From Lama guanicoe (lineage: Eukaryota), in the NCBI GenBank assembly GCA_013239625.1, contig MU054187.1:23498795-23562794 (forward strand): a stretch of 64,000 nt of DNA, written 5' to 3'. Of the stretch, positions 35,921 to 49,760 are shown one piece after another (position 1 is the stretch's first letter; every line of letters starts with the position of its first letter). Below the pieces are notes generated by a model. The model saw nothing but the letters and a program-made list of their open reading frames with translations, had not been told where the DNA came from and did no database searches. A program made the position numbers and the translations under genes.

Positions 35921-38115
35921 GAGTTAACTGGTATTCGTACACTACACCAACACTAATACTAACATTACTTACTTGCACTACCACTGCTGCTACTATTAAC
36001 ATTACCCCTATTTCTATAATGAACAGACTTACAAACATAAGAGTCAAACACTAAATTCCTATTTTACATGACAAGCTCCAGTACATTGGATTATCCAAGG
36101 TTAGCAATCTGTTAAGTATCAGAACAGGAATTTAAATATCAGTTTTTGACTTTAGCAAACCTATGCCCCAAACGGTCAACTATGGCCTTGATGCAAACAT
36201 ACGTTAATGGCAATGTTGGGAAGTCTGTTAAGATCAAGTGTTGAACGCTAGGTTTAAGGGACTGGTCATTATGTAGAAGGCTAAAGAATATCATGAAAGT
36301 TTAGTATAGAAATGATATTGCTGTGGGCTGACTTGACATCAGTGTGAAGGTATGACTGGGGTGGGGAAATGGCTGAAGGCAAAGAAAACAGACGACTGCT
36401 TTAATAGTCAAAATAATTAGATGATGAGGACCTGAACTAAGGCAGTGAAGAAGGGAACAGAAAACTAGAAAGGAAAATACTTGAGTGACAGAATGATTGT
36501 AATAATTTCTTGAGTTGTACTGCTTCCCATTAGTAAGTTACAGTTGATCGTAATCCCTTAAACATAAAAATCCACATAAAGTGGCCTCATATTTCACTAT
36601 CATTTTTGCTAAAGATAGAAAAGTTGAACCCAGACTTTGATTTTAACTTTCAAAGTATACCATTTAGTCTACTGAATGGCTATCATCTTAAAAGCTGTTC
36701 ATTTAAGACCTTTATATAAATATTTCACATTATTTTCACGTAGCATCTAACGCTGACTTTTCGCTGCAATCTTTGAGCTTAACTGGGTAATGAATAATCA
36801 GCAAGAAATAGTAAAACAAAACTGTAAAAGGTTTCATTCACTTGCTTGTACCAGTATATCTAGACTGTTAATTCCTGTATGCATTTGACTAAATAGATAG
36901 TCATATATACATATGCATATATATAAAAATATATATCTGTCAAGTATTTCTTTACTGCCTTGATCTCATCCCATAACAGAAGTGCTTGAAAGGTTTATTG
37001 TAACACCATTAATATGATTCTGCTAATACACAGGCCTTGCTCACAGCAAGGAGACAGGTTGGCTATTTGTGAGTAAAGGCATCGGGCTTGCTGGGATGCG
37101 GAGGGGCAGAACTGCAAGAAGCATGCCCTCTGTAAGCAAGCTCAAGGTCGGGCTTCACGGGCCTGCAGCACGCCTCTGTCTCCTACTAGCCTCTCTACCA
37201 AAACCTTCATGAGGCTGGGATCCAAGTCACGCTTGAATAAGAGAATAATATTGTAGAAAATAATCAATAACTTTCATTCATAAAAGTCCTGCTCTTTCAG
37301 CCTAAATATTTGGGCATCAGAAACGTGTTTTTTTTTTTTAATTTTACACTGGAGAACATCCTTCAACACTTATTAAAGCCAATCATGAGTATGTATCCCC
37401 AAGAAAATGCTGGGGAAGTATTTTTAGGATGCAGACGGAAGAAGCCTAAGGAGTTAGGCTGGGGGTGGGGCTCAGCTGGGCACCTGGACAGACTCGGTGG
37501 TTACCTGGTTCTTTCCCACCTCCTAAAGGAAAAAACAAAACAAAACAAAAAAACCCAGAATGGTAAGGCTAAAATTACCAGCTCTAGAGGCCTTTAATAT
37601 AGTTGTTTTCTGACTTTTGCTTTGTTTAGTTCATTGCCACCTGATATTAATTTCTAGTGATGTTATAGACATGACTGTTTAGGTATAAATAATTTTCGTT
37701 TTCAGGGAGAAGAAAGCAAAAGCAAACAAATTACAATCTTCTACACTGAAGTACTTGTGCAGAGATTATTAACAATTTATAAACCAGTTTGTTTTTATAA
37801 CACGGTAATATATAAATCAAACAACAGTGAAGATAGCAAAGAAGCCATAATAACTTCTTGACTCACTCAGAACTACTGATATGTGTCCTTTTTTCCTTAA
37901 CTGCCATATCTTCCCAGGAGAATCTATTTTGACTCAGAAGGTGGTATTTTTTTAATATTAATTTTTTTTAAAGGATTTTTTTTGCTTTTCTTTAAAACAA
38001 TTCCTGTTTTTATTCTCCCCAGCCTGCCTTTTTTTAACCCAACCAAATGTGCAAAATGTAAAAGCAATTATAAGCTTAACACTTTGATCGTGTATTTTTT
38101 ACAGCAGGATTTCAT

Positions 38116-38146
<31 letters not shown>

Positions 38147-38152
38147 TATATA
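38116..38152 (+). repeat. (CA)n/(TA)n microsatellite
   Basis: Seen directly, abutting the LTR. Confidence 0.9.
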
Positions 38153-38655
38153 TAGATGAAAATAATCAATAAACAATTAATAATAAGCATGGGAAAGAAT
38201 TCTATTTGAGCTAAACTGAGGACGATAGCATGAAAGGCGGCTTCCCAGATCTCTGAGAAACTGCCCCAAAGACACGTGGTTTTCAGCAGTTTTATATCTT
38301 GTCGGGACAAAGAACATGAAACAAGCCAAGGGTACCTTTCTTCAAGATTTAAAAAAAAACAAAACAGATGCGCATGTGCACAGGAGATGGTATGGCTTTC
38401 GCACCTGGGAAGGGAGTCATTATCAAAGGAGCACCAGCATTGGCGTCCCAAGGAAGAGAAGTAATTAATCTTTATTTTTAACATGGGCATTCTTTACTTC
38501 TGGTCAGTGTGCTCTTTTCTCTGATAATTAAAGCAGATGTACAGGGTATGTTTGATAGGCCACAAATAGGCTATTTTACTTAGCATAAAACTCAGCTCAT
38601 GTAAAAAGCCAGAATGACTTCCCTATAACTCAATATGTGAAAAATTTTTTTCTCA
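38151..38655 (-). mobile_element. ERV solo LTR, probably ERV1 class and lineage-specific
   Basis: About 505-nt unit. The minus strand starts TGAGAAAAAAAATTTTTCACATATTGAG, has TATAAAA followed by CTCAGTTTAGCTCAAATAGAATTCTTT, and ends TTTTCATCTATA (a degenerate CA end). Confidence 0.65.
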
Positions 38656-40891
38656 TGTATAATTTATTTATAGCCATTTACAGCTATTGATGCAAATGAT
38701 GAAAGATAAACGTATTTGATTTTCTTCAATTCTCATTTTAGCACAGTGATCTGAGTTCATATTTGTGTTCTAAGAGTGATAAGTGTATACTTTTATTTGA
38801 GCAATAAATCATCCTTCATATGCAAAGAAAAAAGTTAAAATGCATGATCACAAATTTAATAATTATTTGTGTAGACAACACAGTAAGGTTTAGGTGAACT
38901 GGTCCTTCAAAAACATTTCAGTCAAGTAGTGAACTTAAAGATATACATTTATATGGCACATATGAACAAAATCAGGGGGTCCATGCTTGGCCCGGTGCTT
39001 ACAGGACATTTTGAAAAATATTTCTGAATCTTGCAAAAGATTGTGATGTCACCTAAGTGTCCCTCTTACCTACTTTCTTTTAGTTTGCTTTTAGAAAACA
39101 GAGGATACAAATAAAAGCAAAAATAAAAAGACATGTCTTTATTTTTAATAACAGACATTCTTTTTATATGGCTGTGATTTATTCAACATATTGTATAATT
39201 AAAACTCACATTTTAATTATTTCAGCAGAGATGTAGCAGAATAGCTTGTCTCCTTTTTATTTAGCAAACAAATATTTGAAAGCCTGGGGTTTTAGCTCAG
39301 GAGTTGGCAGAATATTCTGCTGGCAATGTGCTTATGAATTTCAAATGTTCTGAAGAATGTTTTCTTTCTGGGATACATGGGTTGGAAGGAAACTATAACC
39401 TAAATGTCTTGACAAATTTGTGAATGTGTGTGTGTATTTTTTGTAAGTAAAGCAATGAATAAAGCACCTATGTTTTATGACTTTACAGACCCTATGAAAA
39501 TAAATTCATATAATAAATTCAATGTAGTCTTGGAATTTTATTCAGCAGACAGGAAGACTTAAACACGTATTACAAATATTGACTTTAAAAAAAGGCAAGG
39601 CATGCAAATTCCTGATTTTGAGATTTCTTTTGCTACTAATTATCTTTCAATTGCAACAGGCTTAATTAACTGGGAAGTTATTGCCTTATTTACCAAAGGG
39701 GAATGAAAATTAACATCCACGGAGTACTCACAGTGGTCCAGAAAGCTAATCTTCACAACAACCCCTTGAGGTAGGCATCATTACCCCAAAATAACAGCTG
39801 AAGAAACAAAGATTTGGAGTAAATAACTTAAAAGCTGGTAGGTGGCACAGGCAAGTCTGTCCTTGGGTCTGTCTGGACATCTTTTCCCTGTGCTGAATAC
39901 GACTCTCAGTTGCACACTCACACAAACTTGCCTTGAATAAACTCCATCACCTAATCCAACATAAAAGACACTTACGTAACCTTGTGACACAAATGAAAAA
40001 GAAGAGAAACAATGCTGACACCAAAAGGAGTATCATTTCCTTTAATGCTTGCTCATGAACTGTTAAGTTTCCACGAGTTTTAATAACATACAGTAAGAAT
40101 TTACTGCCCACTGCACGTATAGCCAGTAACAGATGCTAACTACGAGAGAGAGGAAAGTCTGGGGAATCTACCTATACTGCACAAGAGAACACCTGCCATC
40201 TTGTTCCATGGGAGAGGGTGCCAGTAAAACATCACTATCCTCACATGACTCCAGTGCTCACAATCCTAAACTGGTTCCTTAGTAACTACAGTTCAAATAA
40301 CCCATTAAATCCTACCCTCCATAATTTGGTCCAACCTTTCTTATCTAACCCATCTGCCGCTGTTCACCAACCCACTGGTTAATTCTTAACCGTCCCCTTC
40401 TTTCACTTTCTTCATGCTAAGATCCTATGTATAATTCTATAAAGCATTTACTCCTCTTGTTTAAAGTTTTAGTACCTGCTTTATTGTGATCAGACAACCT
40501 TAGACAATGTTAAGAAATGAGAATTTAACTATATATGAATAGTTCTATTTATTCCATCACATCACTAATGGCTGCAAGGGACACATCTTCAGAGGTAGAA
40601 TTTCCCTTTGAAGCTACCTTGAATATTTTCATATACTCTCTCTGGCCTTGTTCTGCTGTTCCATTAGTTATCCTAACAACAAAGTAATATTTACCAAAAG
40701 CTTTTTTTTAGCTATGGAGAAACAGATTTTGTGTGTTCCACTAAATTAATATAGCCTTAGTTACAAAGTACAAAAACTAAAGATTTTACATGTAAGTAGG
40801 AGTAAGTTTCAACACTTGAAAAGTCTTGGGGAAAAAAAATCCTTAAAATACGATTTTGCAGTCGTTCTTTGTAAATGACTTCAATAATAAC

Positions 40892-41450
40892 ATTGTTTTG
40901 GCTATTCATTGCTACATAACAAATGGGCAGTTTAAAACAAAAGTCATTTATTATCTCATAATCCCCGTGGATCAGGAAACTGAGAGTGGTTTAACTGGGT
41001 TGTCCTGGCTCGAGATCTCTCACAAGGGTTTTAGGAAAGCTGTCGGCTGGGCTGTCGAAGCTGTGACTAGGGGTGGATGTGCTTCAAAGCTTCACAGTAG
41101 TGCTTGCGCTTGTGGGTGTGCCATGGCTCCTACTGGCTCCTGGATAGAGATGTGGTTCTCAGCACATGGGCTTTTCATATGTTGCTTAAGTGTCCCCACG
41201 ATATGTTACCTGGCTCACTTCTCATTGACTGATACGAGAGAGACCGAAGGAACTGTCTGACATGGAACCCGCAAGTCATTTACAACCTAATCTTGGAAGT
41301 GATTTACCATAATATCTTCCATTTCTATTCATTAAATGTGAGTCACATTGTCCAGCTCACATCGCTGGATGAGGGGAAGGGCATTACACAGAGTATAATT
41401 ACCAAAAAGGGAATCATTGGCTGCCATCTTGGAGGCTGGCTGCTCCAACA
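40892..41450 (-). mobile_element. MaLR solo LTR (MLT1F/G/H-like)
   Basis: CTATTCATTGCTACATAACAAAT...TTTAAAACAAAAGTCATTTATTATCTCATAAT...GGCTGCCATCTTGGAGGCTGGCTG. Confidence 0.75.
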
Positions 41451-41459
41451 TCAATAATA

Positions 41460-41700
41460 ATAGTGAATGTTACCATTTTGGAGCAATTTCTAGGTTTCAG
41501 ATATTGTACTAGGTGTCTGCACTCATTACAATAACTATGCAATGGAGATTCTTCCATCTCTCTTTTCCTTATGAGGAAACTAGATAGCTAGGATTATTAA
41601 TAAATAACAAAGAATATTACTAGCAACTGGCAGAATTGGGATTCAAATTCAGGTCTATTTGTCTTCAAAGTCAGCAATTTTTCTCCCCTTCAATACTTTG
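41460..41700 (-). mobile_element. MIR SINE
   Basis: TTATGAGGAAACTAG...TGGCAGAATTGGGATTCAAATTCAGGTCTATTTG. Confidence 0.65.
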
Positions 41701-43689
41701 CCTTCTTTATTTTCTGCAATATCAGTGAAAATGTTTGAAATACTCCACATGCTGTTTTGGGAATTCATATTGCTTAAGCATAGAGGAAATAAGAGCCTTA
41801 TCAAATTATCTCCTGCTGTTAACTTTAATAAATTGGTTCTAGGAGGAAATTACAACCTTCAAAATCTGTCACTTTTCAATATGACTTTCAAACAGATATG
41901 GAAAAATGATGAAACAGATCCAGCTTGCTAAATTCTGATATGAAATGTCTGTGCTCAGAACTATTCTCCCAAGAACTATGCAGAAATATGGGGGCTTCCA
42001 CATCTTTAGCTGCACCCTGGGAGTACGCATGAGCCCCCCTCAGTCACTGTTCAACATAGGCTGGAGAACCAGGGAGTAAGTGATAACAAGGAGCTGGTGG
42101 TGGCTAAACTGAACTTTACTGAATGAGTTATGATATTTGTTGATTTATGAAAAACATACTTTCCATTTAATTTTGCCAAGGTGTCCCATCTCCACATGTT
42201 ATAATAATGAGTGGTCTAGGTCTTCCTTCTGTGTCTTTGCCAAAGAGATTATGTAAATATATTTTCAGATTAGTAACTCTTAAGGTTCAGTAGCCAAGTT
42301 TTTGGACAAACAACATTAGAGCTGAATTTTCTGCTGCAGAATTAAATGCAACACTTGGAACTGGAGTTAACGATGTGACAAATAACATCACAAAATTTAA
42401 TATAAAAATCTTAGTACGTTTTTCTCTCATCATCATAGTTCCTATCATGACAACCATCTACCATGTTAATTATATTCACTTTTTGTCATTTGTATCATTC
42501 TGACCTCCATCCTGTGATACATTCAAGTCAATTTTGTAAAAATAAAGAGAGAAGTCAGTTGTAATGCATCACTAGCATGCAGACTATTAAGCACATTTGT
42601 CTGCTACACAGAAAATGGAGACAAAGAAAAGACAATCAGAGCCTTCTGAGGATCAAAAACTTGAAAAGGCAAGACACAACTGAATAGAGATGTAAAACAC
42701 CTGTGGCAAAATGTACATATAAATATATAATTTTAAATTATTTTATAACATATGCTTCTTGCTCAGCTAATTAGAAAATTCCAACAATATGCTACCAATT
42801 CTAACAAAAGTACTAGCCATATACAGTTGCTTTCAAACTCAAGTAATCGTGGGGCCACTAAATTATTAAAGACACAGAGCTCCTACGTTAGTAAAAGCAT
42901 CTTTCATCACACTAACACAAATGAAGAGATTTGGTTTTATTCTTTTATACTTGAATATTCGATATCCAAACTTCTTACTTAAGGATCTTCCCAAGAAACG
43001 TGAAGTGTGTTTTACATACATCTCATTTCCTGTTTCTAGGACAATTTCCTTTTCAGGATAAAGTGGGTCTATCTACTGTCTTAATCTGATAGCAGTAACT
43101 TGTTTTATAGTCTTTGGTGTCGGTCACTGTCAAATATTTTTGAAAATCTAAATAATTTTAATCCACATTTCTCTTCTATCTAGTTTCTTAAGTAACTTCT
43201 CAACACGTTGCAATTAATTAGTAGCTACTGTCCTTTTTAGAGAGAGTATTGCTGCTCCTCTAATAACTTATGTAACACAAATGTTCTTTGTACTCATCCT
43301 TTATTATTTTCACCTTTATTATTTTCTATGAAATTTCATGGCTATAAATGTGACCTGCGAATCTATTTTGCTGACCACCCAGTTAAACTCCTAGATGTGA
43401 TGTCATTGATACATGTAGGCTTACTTGGTGAATTGCCCTAAAATATCGATCTGTTCATTTCTGGAAAATTATATGAATAGAATTTTCCCCAATAAGCTTT
43501 TCTATCATAAAAAAGATAACAGTACATTTTTTCCTTTTTCTGTTATAAATTCACTATTTATCTCACAATTATTCCACTGATTTTTTATGCACTTTCTTCC
43601 TTTCAACTATTGTAAAGCTTTGTTATTGGTCTTCTAGTCCCTTACAAGTCTCTAATCAAAGTTCATTTCAGCCAAACTTAATTCCACTA

Positions 43690-44830
43690 CATGCACTTAT
43701 TCATTAAGCAAACACTTACTGAGTGTCAGATCAAACACACGGACCCAACTCTCAATCAGCTAAGTCTGATAGGGGAAACTGATAAATAAACAGAAAAATA
43801 CAAACAGCGAAAACCGCAGAGATATCAATTTACTCAGTAAACATATGCGTAGCGTCTGAAATGTTGCCAGCATATGGCAGCAGAGACCGATAAGATGAAG
43901 TCCCAGTCTCAGTCTAGCTGTCAGATGGATGTGTAAACAAGGACAAGGAAGTTTTACAAGTGTCAGGAGCCAAAATCAAAGTATGCACGGACCATTGACG
44001 TCTCAGCTGAGAATACGAACAGAGCTACTCTGATTTTGCTGGGGGACTGAACCTTGAGGTTGGAAACTGGAGATAGGGCGACCAGCAACGTGCTAATCAG
44101 AATGCACGTATGAGAAACAACGGGAATCTGCAGCAAGGAAACAGTGCCATGGATGGCCAGGGTAACGTGGCCTACCAGAGTTTAAGTAACAGAATCAACG
44201 TGACCAGGTCAGTGTGGAGAATATCCAAGATAACAAACCAATCCAGGATGACACCACATCTCTGCTTCAGACAATTAGGTGGGTGTTGATACATCAACAA
44301 AGGTATAGAATGTAAAAAGTCAACATATCTGAGGACATAATATGGTAACTTTTGGATATATTCGTCTGAGATTCCTATGGGGCAGTGAAATTTGACTTTA
44401 GACCTCAGAAGAATAAATGGCTTGATATTATGCTTCTCCAAGTCCTTATTATGTGTAGTTTAATCCAGCATAGTGAATAAGAGGAACAGAAAGGGCATAG
44501 AAAGAAAACAAACTAGACCCATAGAATAAAATCCCTAGTTAATATTTAGAGGATAGGAGGGAAGGAAACCATGAAGAATAGTTTGTGGTGGTTCAAATGC
44601 TACAACATAGCATTCATAGCAACTTCATAAGATCTGAAAGTTTTAGGAGAGCAGAGATTAAATAAAGGTAGATGTCAAGAGAGAGATGGCCTAAAGACTC
44701 ATGGGTTTGGCAGCTAAGAAGCAATAATGATTTCTGAAAGGTGGAAGGTGGATTTGAATTGAAAAAGTGAAGAAGTAAAGTAGGAGAGATATTATGCAGT
44801 CTAGAAGGTTGGCTGTAATGTGCAGAGCAT
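43690..44830 (-). mobile_element. Degenerate L2 fragments
   Basis: TTATTCATTAAGCAAACACTTACTGAGTG and TTTACTCAGTAAACATATG are L2 3' ends, followed by purine-rich L2-like body. Confidence 0.55.
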
Positions 44831-44874
44831 TGCCATATTTTGTGGGTTCCCATGTCTTCCTCAGTTAGGTTACA

Positions 44875-46775
44875 TTGATTTTTTTAAAGTAAATGTTTTC
44901 ATAAATGTAAAATACACATATTATAAAAGTGCACAGGTGCTAGATGTACAGCTCAATTGATCTTCACAAATTGAAAATCCATGTGATCAATGTTTAGATC
45001 AAGCAATAGAATGCTACTAGCCACCGTCTCTTTGTGAGCCCCTGCCTGGTCACTGCATCTCCAAAGTAACCTTTATCAGATTCCTATAACCAAAGATTAC
45101 TCTGCGTGTTTTGGAATCCTACATGAAAGGATTCAAATTGTATATTCTATTCTGTAAAAGCCTATTTTTTTTTAGGAAGCACATACTGAGATTCACCCAT
45201 GGTTTTGCGTATTGTTCTTTCTCAATACTATATCTCATTCTGTTGAATAAATAACACCATGAGTTATCTGTTATGTTATTGACATATATTGGAGTCGTTC
45301 AAGTTTGGGTCTATTGCTGCTTTGAACATTCTACTTCAAGTCTTTTTGAAAACATTGCCCTACACCACGCATACACACACACACACACACACGATGAAAT
45401 GCCCATTCACTAGGCATGCATGTATTCAGCTTAAATGGTGACAAATTGTTTTACAGAATTACGTATCAATTTTTCATCTCCTCCAGTACTGATTGAGGCT
45501 CCAAATAGTTTCACATTCTCATGGACAATTGTTATAGTCAACCTTTCAATTAGCTATTCTGCAGGATCAGTGGTATCTCATTGTGGTTTTAATTTATATT
45601 TCCCAGAACCCTAACGATGTTGAGCAATTTTCACATGCTTATTCACAGATCCCTTTTTGTAAACTGCTTCTTCAAGTCTTTTGCCCATCTTTATATTAGG
45701 TTATCTATTTTTGATTTGTTGGTCTTCTTTATATGCATCAAGGGCTGTGAACAATTTGAGGTTTTGTCCTATTTGAGAGGTAAGAAGTTACCTTGCCACC
45801 ATTTTGGGCTGGAAGAAGACACAAGAAACCTGGATCAGAGACAGAGGATCTTATTATTCACGGCACATCAAGCATCGTGTTGTTAGTTTCCTTTTACCCC
45901 AAGTCCTATCAGGGTGAGGTGCATGGGTCTATGTAGAGTTCTGCCCATTCGTTGTGATGTATTAAAGAGGAAGAATTCTAAGTTAGGGTACCAAAATCTT
46001 CTATAATGGGCACTAAGTATGTCTGCTCTTTGTTCAGGAGAAAGATATTATGCTTCTTATACTGGACAGTAAGCATGACTGCTCTTTGCTCTAGAGAGAT
46101 CCTCTACCTTTATCTTTAAAGGTTGTTTGCTATACAGACACAGTGGACAGAAAGGCCAGAAAAAAATGTGTAGTTAGTACATCACATGTAAGATGGATAG
46201 AGAAATGCAAGAAACCTATGAAGAATTATATTCCAACAACAGGTTCTGCATACAATTCCTTTACATATATGTGTCACAAATATTTACAACCGTCTTTTCA
46301 CACTCTTTGTGATGCTTTTCTCTTAAATGAACACATATTCTCAATTACAATGAAGTCCACTTTATGGCCAGTGCTTTTTAAATGTGTCTTGTATAACATT
46401 TTTTCCAGATATAGGCATGGAAATTTCCTATGTTGTTTTAGAAACAGGGTAGTTTTGCCTTTCACATAAAAGTGTGTGGTGTGAGGTTAGCTGGCCACGT
46501 TCCTCTTTCTATCCATGCGGATATCCAGTCAAACCAGAACCATATGAAGGCCACCCTAGCCCTACTATATTGCTGTATAATGACTGTCATTAAACAGTGG
46601 ACCATGGATGTGTGGATTTCTTTCTTTATTCTATACAGTCACATTAACAAAGTTCTCTTTTCTAGCCTTACACCAGTATATCATGTGGTTAATATGACAG
46701 CTTTACTCAAAGTCTTGCTGTCTGGTAGTGGAAGCCCTCCACTGGGGCTCTTCCTCCTGTGGGGCTGTTCTTAAA
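44875..46775 (-). mobile_element. Old L1 (L1MD/ME-like) 3' region, interrupted by an LTR
   Basis: AAAAGTGCACAGGTGCTAGATGTACAGCTCAATTGATCTTCACAAA; GTGGTATCTCATTGTGGTTTTAATTT; GATGTTGAGCAATTTTCACATGCTTATT. Confidence 0.75.
45746..46238 (-). mobile_element. ERV1-class solo LTR (MER89/MER90-like)
   Basis: The minus strand starts TGTTGGAATATAATTCTTCATAGGTTTCTTGCATTTCT and ends in CA. Plus-strand GAAGACACAAGAAACCTGGATCAGAGACAGAGGATCTTATTATTCACGGCACA matches the recalled consensus. Confidence 0.6.
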
Positions 46776-46783
46776 CTTTTGTA

Positions 46784-46945
46784 GGGGAGGACAGAGCTCA
46801 AGCGGTGGAGCGTGTGCTTAGCATTCATGAGGTCCTGGGTTCGAGCCTCTAAAAATAAATAAATAAACCTAATTACCCCCTCAAAAATAACAACAATAAC
46901 AAAAAAAAAAACTAAAAAAATAAGTTGGAGAAAAATTAAAAGAAA
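46784..46945 (+). mobile_element. tRNA-derived SINE (camelid Vic-1-like)
   Basis: GGGGAGGACAGAGCTCAAGCGGTGGAGCGTGTGCTTAGCATTCATGAGGTCCTGGGTTCGAGCC with A-box and B-box (46838-46847), then (AAAT)n-CCTAATTACCCCC and an A-rich tail. Degenerate TSD AAACTTTTGTA / AAACCTTTTGCA. Confidence 0.85.
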
Positions 46946-46959
46946 AAACCTTTTGCATA

Positions 46960-48400
46960 TCCATTTGCCTCAAACCATTTAAGGACTTATTCTAGTGTGG
47001 TTCTGTCTTATCTTGGATTTTCATCTGAAAATTTACTTTGCATTTATTTTTGAAAGATTTTTGCAGGAACAGAGTTTTAGGTCAGTTATGATTTTCTTTG
47101 CCTGTGTTAAAGATCCCATCGTCATCCTATTGTCTTTGACTCTCACGTTTATATTGAGGAGTCCGATGTCAGTGCTACTGTCTTCCTCTTAAGTAAATTG
47201 GACTGTCCCCTCTTTGGCCCATTCTTGCTGCTTTAAGATGTCCTCCTTAGATTCTAGTAGTTTCACTATGATGTGCCTTTGAGTAATTTTTTCTTTTTGT
47301 TTAATCTCATTGGTGGTGTGATTTTTAAAATTTGTTTTGGAGACTTTTCTGCCATTTTCTCTCCAAATATTGGCTTTATTCTTTTTCTTTATTTTCTCCC
47401 TTTCTGGTGTTTGAATTTCCATATGGTATATGTTTTTCACTGTGTCCACTTTGCATATGTCTGCTATTTTCCCTTTTTTTTAAATTCTTGATTTATCTAT
47501 GCTTCAGCCTGGATATTTTCATTGATCCATCTTTACATTAACACATCATCTTTTCTGCAGTGCCCACTCTTCTACTAAATGTACCTGCTCAGTTATTAAT
47601 TTGTTTTTTTTTTCCAGTTCAAGTGTTTCCCTTTGATCCTTTGTAGTAGATTCAATTTAACTACTGAAATCTCCTCATCTTCTCATCTATTTATTGGACA
47701 CATTTGTCAGTTATTTTAAAGTCTATGAATGATGATTCCAATATCTGAATCATATGCATTTGGGGGGTGTGGGTGTGGGTATGTTCAAGTTTTTCTCTGG
47801 TTCTAGCCTAGTAATTTTTTACTGAATGCTAGACATTGTGAATTAAAAAAACAAATAAAAGATTCTAGATGATATATTTTTTTAATCCAGACAATATTCA
47901 TCCTATCTTCTGGTAGGTACCTCAAACTGGGACAGGTCACCCAAATCTCATCAGAGACTGAGTGGTGTCTGGTTTACATTCCTGTTAAGATCCTGCTCCT
48001 AAGGGGTCACTCTCTAGACGTCTCAGTTGGAAGATGTGGTGTTTACCAGAGTCCACCATCATCCCCCAGGCGTTATACTCTAATTTTTGTATTGTCTCTG
48101 CCATAATTCAACTAAAAGTTCTTCTCTATACTTCAGTGGCTTTTGTTTTGGCTTCTAAGTGTTCATCTTGTTCAGTTTATAAATTTGGCAAGAGCCTGAA
48201 GGGCACAACAAAAGACTGTGGTTTACTTCTTGATGTTTCCCTGATCTCAGGCATCTTAATCTTGGCCCTACAGTCTTGGCTTCCTTCATAGACGTGGCTT
48301 TTTTTTTTTTTTGTCTCGTTATCTCTGTAAGATTTATAAAATTTCTTATGCTTCTCTTGAATCCTAAAAACAACTCTCTACCTGTAGTTTCAGAATTTTC
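46960..48400 (-). mobile_element. Old L1/HAL1 ORF1 and 5' region fragment
   Basis: Minus ORF 47189-47449 contains ITQRHIIVKLLESKEDILK, resembling L1 ORF1 (PRHIIVK). The plus strand is T-rich. Confidence 0.7.
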
Positions 48401-49419
48401 AAAATGCCTCAGTATTACCTAATATCTAGGCTCTTCTTTTTTGGTTTTGGTTCTTTTGTTTGTTTGTTTGTTTGTTACCAGGATCTTCAATTCTTAAGTC
48501 CTGGATCTCCTAACAGCAATGTGGTATCTTTAAACATGTTATTTCATCTTTTTTTTTTTAATCTCAATGAGAATATTAGTCTGCCATAAGATTTACCATT
48601 TACCAAGGCATTTATGTTTTTGACCAGTCTTTGGACTCTGTCAGTGAGAACAAAGACACTTTAAAATATATCTGATAATTTAAATTTTAGACATCCTTTT
48701 TTGGATTTAATTTTTTTCCTTAAATTATCCCTATGCTATTTTTGACACCAAATGATAAGTTCTTCACAGATTCTGACAGTTTGTACATATCATTTGAATT
48801 ATCTTTTTCTAGATAAATTCTTATAAATTCTCATAATAAACATATCTTCCAATTTTATGCCCAGTCATATCTCTGAGTCCTTTTATAGCTCTTCAGACTT
48901 CCCTCAGCATTGCTCTTCTTGATGGGGGTTAAGGGTCCTTAAAAAGTCAAATGCTTCTCAATGTATTTTCTTCTTCAAATAACTTATGAAATCAGGGGTG
49001 ACAGGAGTTATTCTAGGGCATCACATTATTAAAATTTCCTTTTTCAGATATGTAGCTATTTCTATATACTCTCCATATTTCCTGTAGGTCATTCTAATTA
49101 AACACAGAGTAGTTCACACACATGTATTACACAAGCTTTGGTTTAAGACTCTAAATAAAAACTTTTTTGGGGAAAAAGATGCATCTTTGTATATTTAGGC
49201 ATTTTTTTTTCTATTTTTTTGTCCACATACTTATTTACTTTCCTTCCCCTACATATGAGAATAGCAGGGAATATGGCCAGTTTTCTGATTGGCCATATTT
49301 TTTGATTTATGCAGAAGAATCAAAGTCATCAGCATTGCATTGTTTTATATACTCATCAATTAATGACTGAAGTTAGGTTAAGATGATTAGGAAACTAGCC
49401 ATATTTCAGTTAGTAATTT

Positions 49420-49760
49420 GTATTTATTTCCATATAAGTGAATCATATAACATGTGGTCTTTTGTGACTGACTGTGATTTTCACTTAACATAATGTTTTC
49501 AGGCTTCATCTGTGTTACAGCATGTATCAATACTTCATTCCTTTTTATTTCTGAATATTCAGCTGTATGAATATACTATATTTTGTTTTTATCCGTTCAT
49601 CAATTGATGGGCATATGAGTCATTTCCAGCTTTTGGCCACTATGAATAAGGTTCATATAAACATTCCTCTACAAGGTTTTGTGTGGATGTAAGTTTTCAT
49701 CTCTCTTGGATATATACATAGAAGCAAAACTATTGGGTCAACTGGTAACTCTTATATAGT
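49420..49760 (-). mobile_element. Old L1 3' fragment
   Basis: TTTCACTTAACATAATGTTTTCAGGCTTCATCTGTGTTACAGCATGTATCAATACTTCATTCCTTTTTATT. Confidence 0.8.

Noticed and set aside
46784..46850. tRNA-Ala gene
   Set aside because: The 3' acceptor stem is missing; an AT-rich SINE tail and TSD follow.
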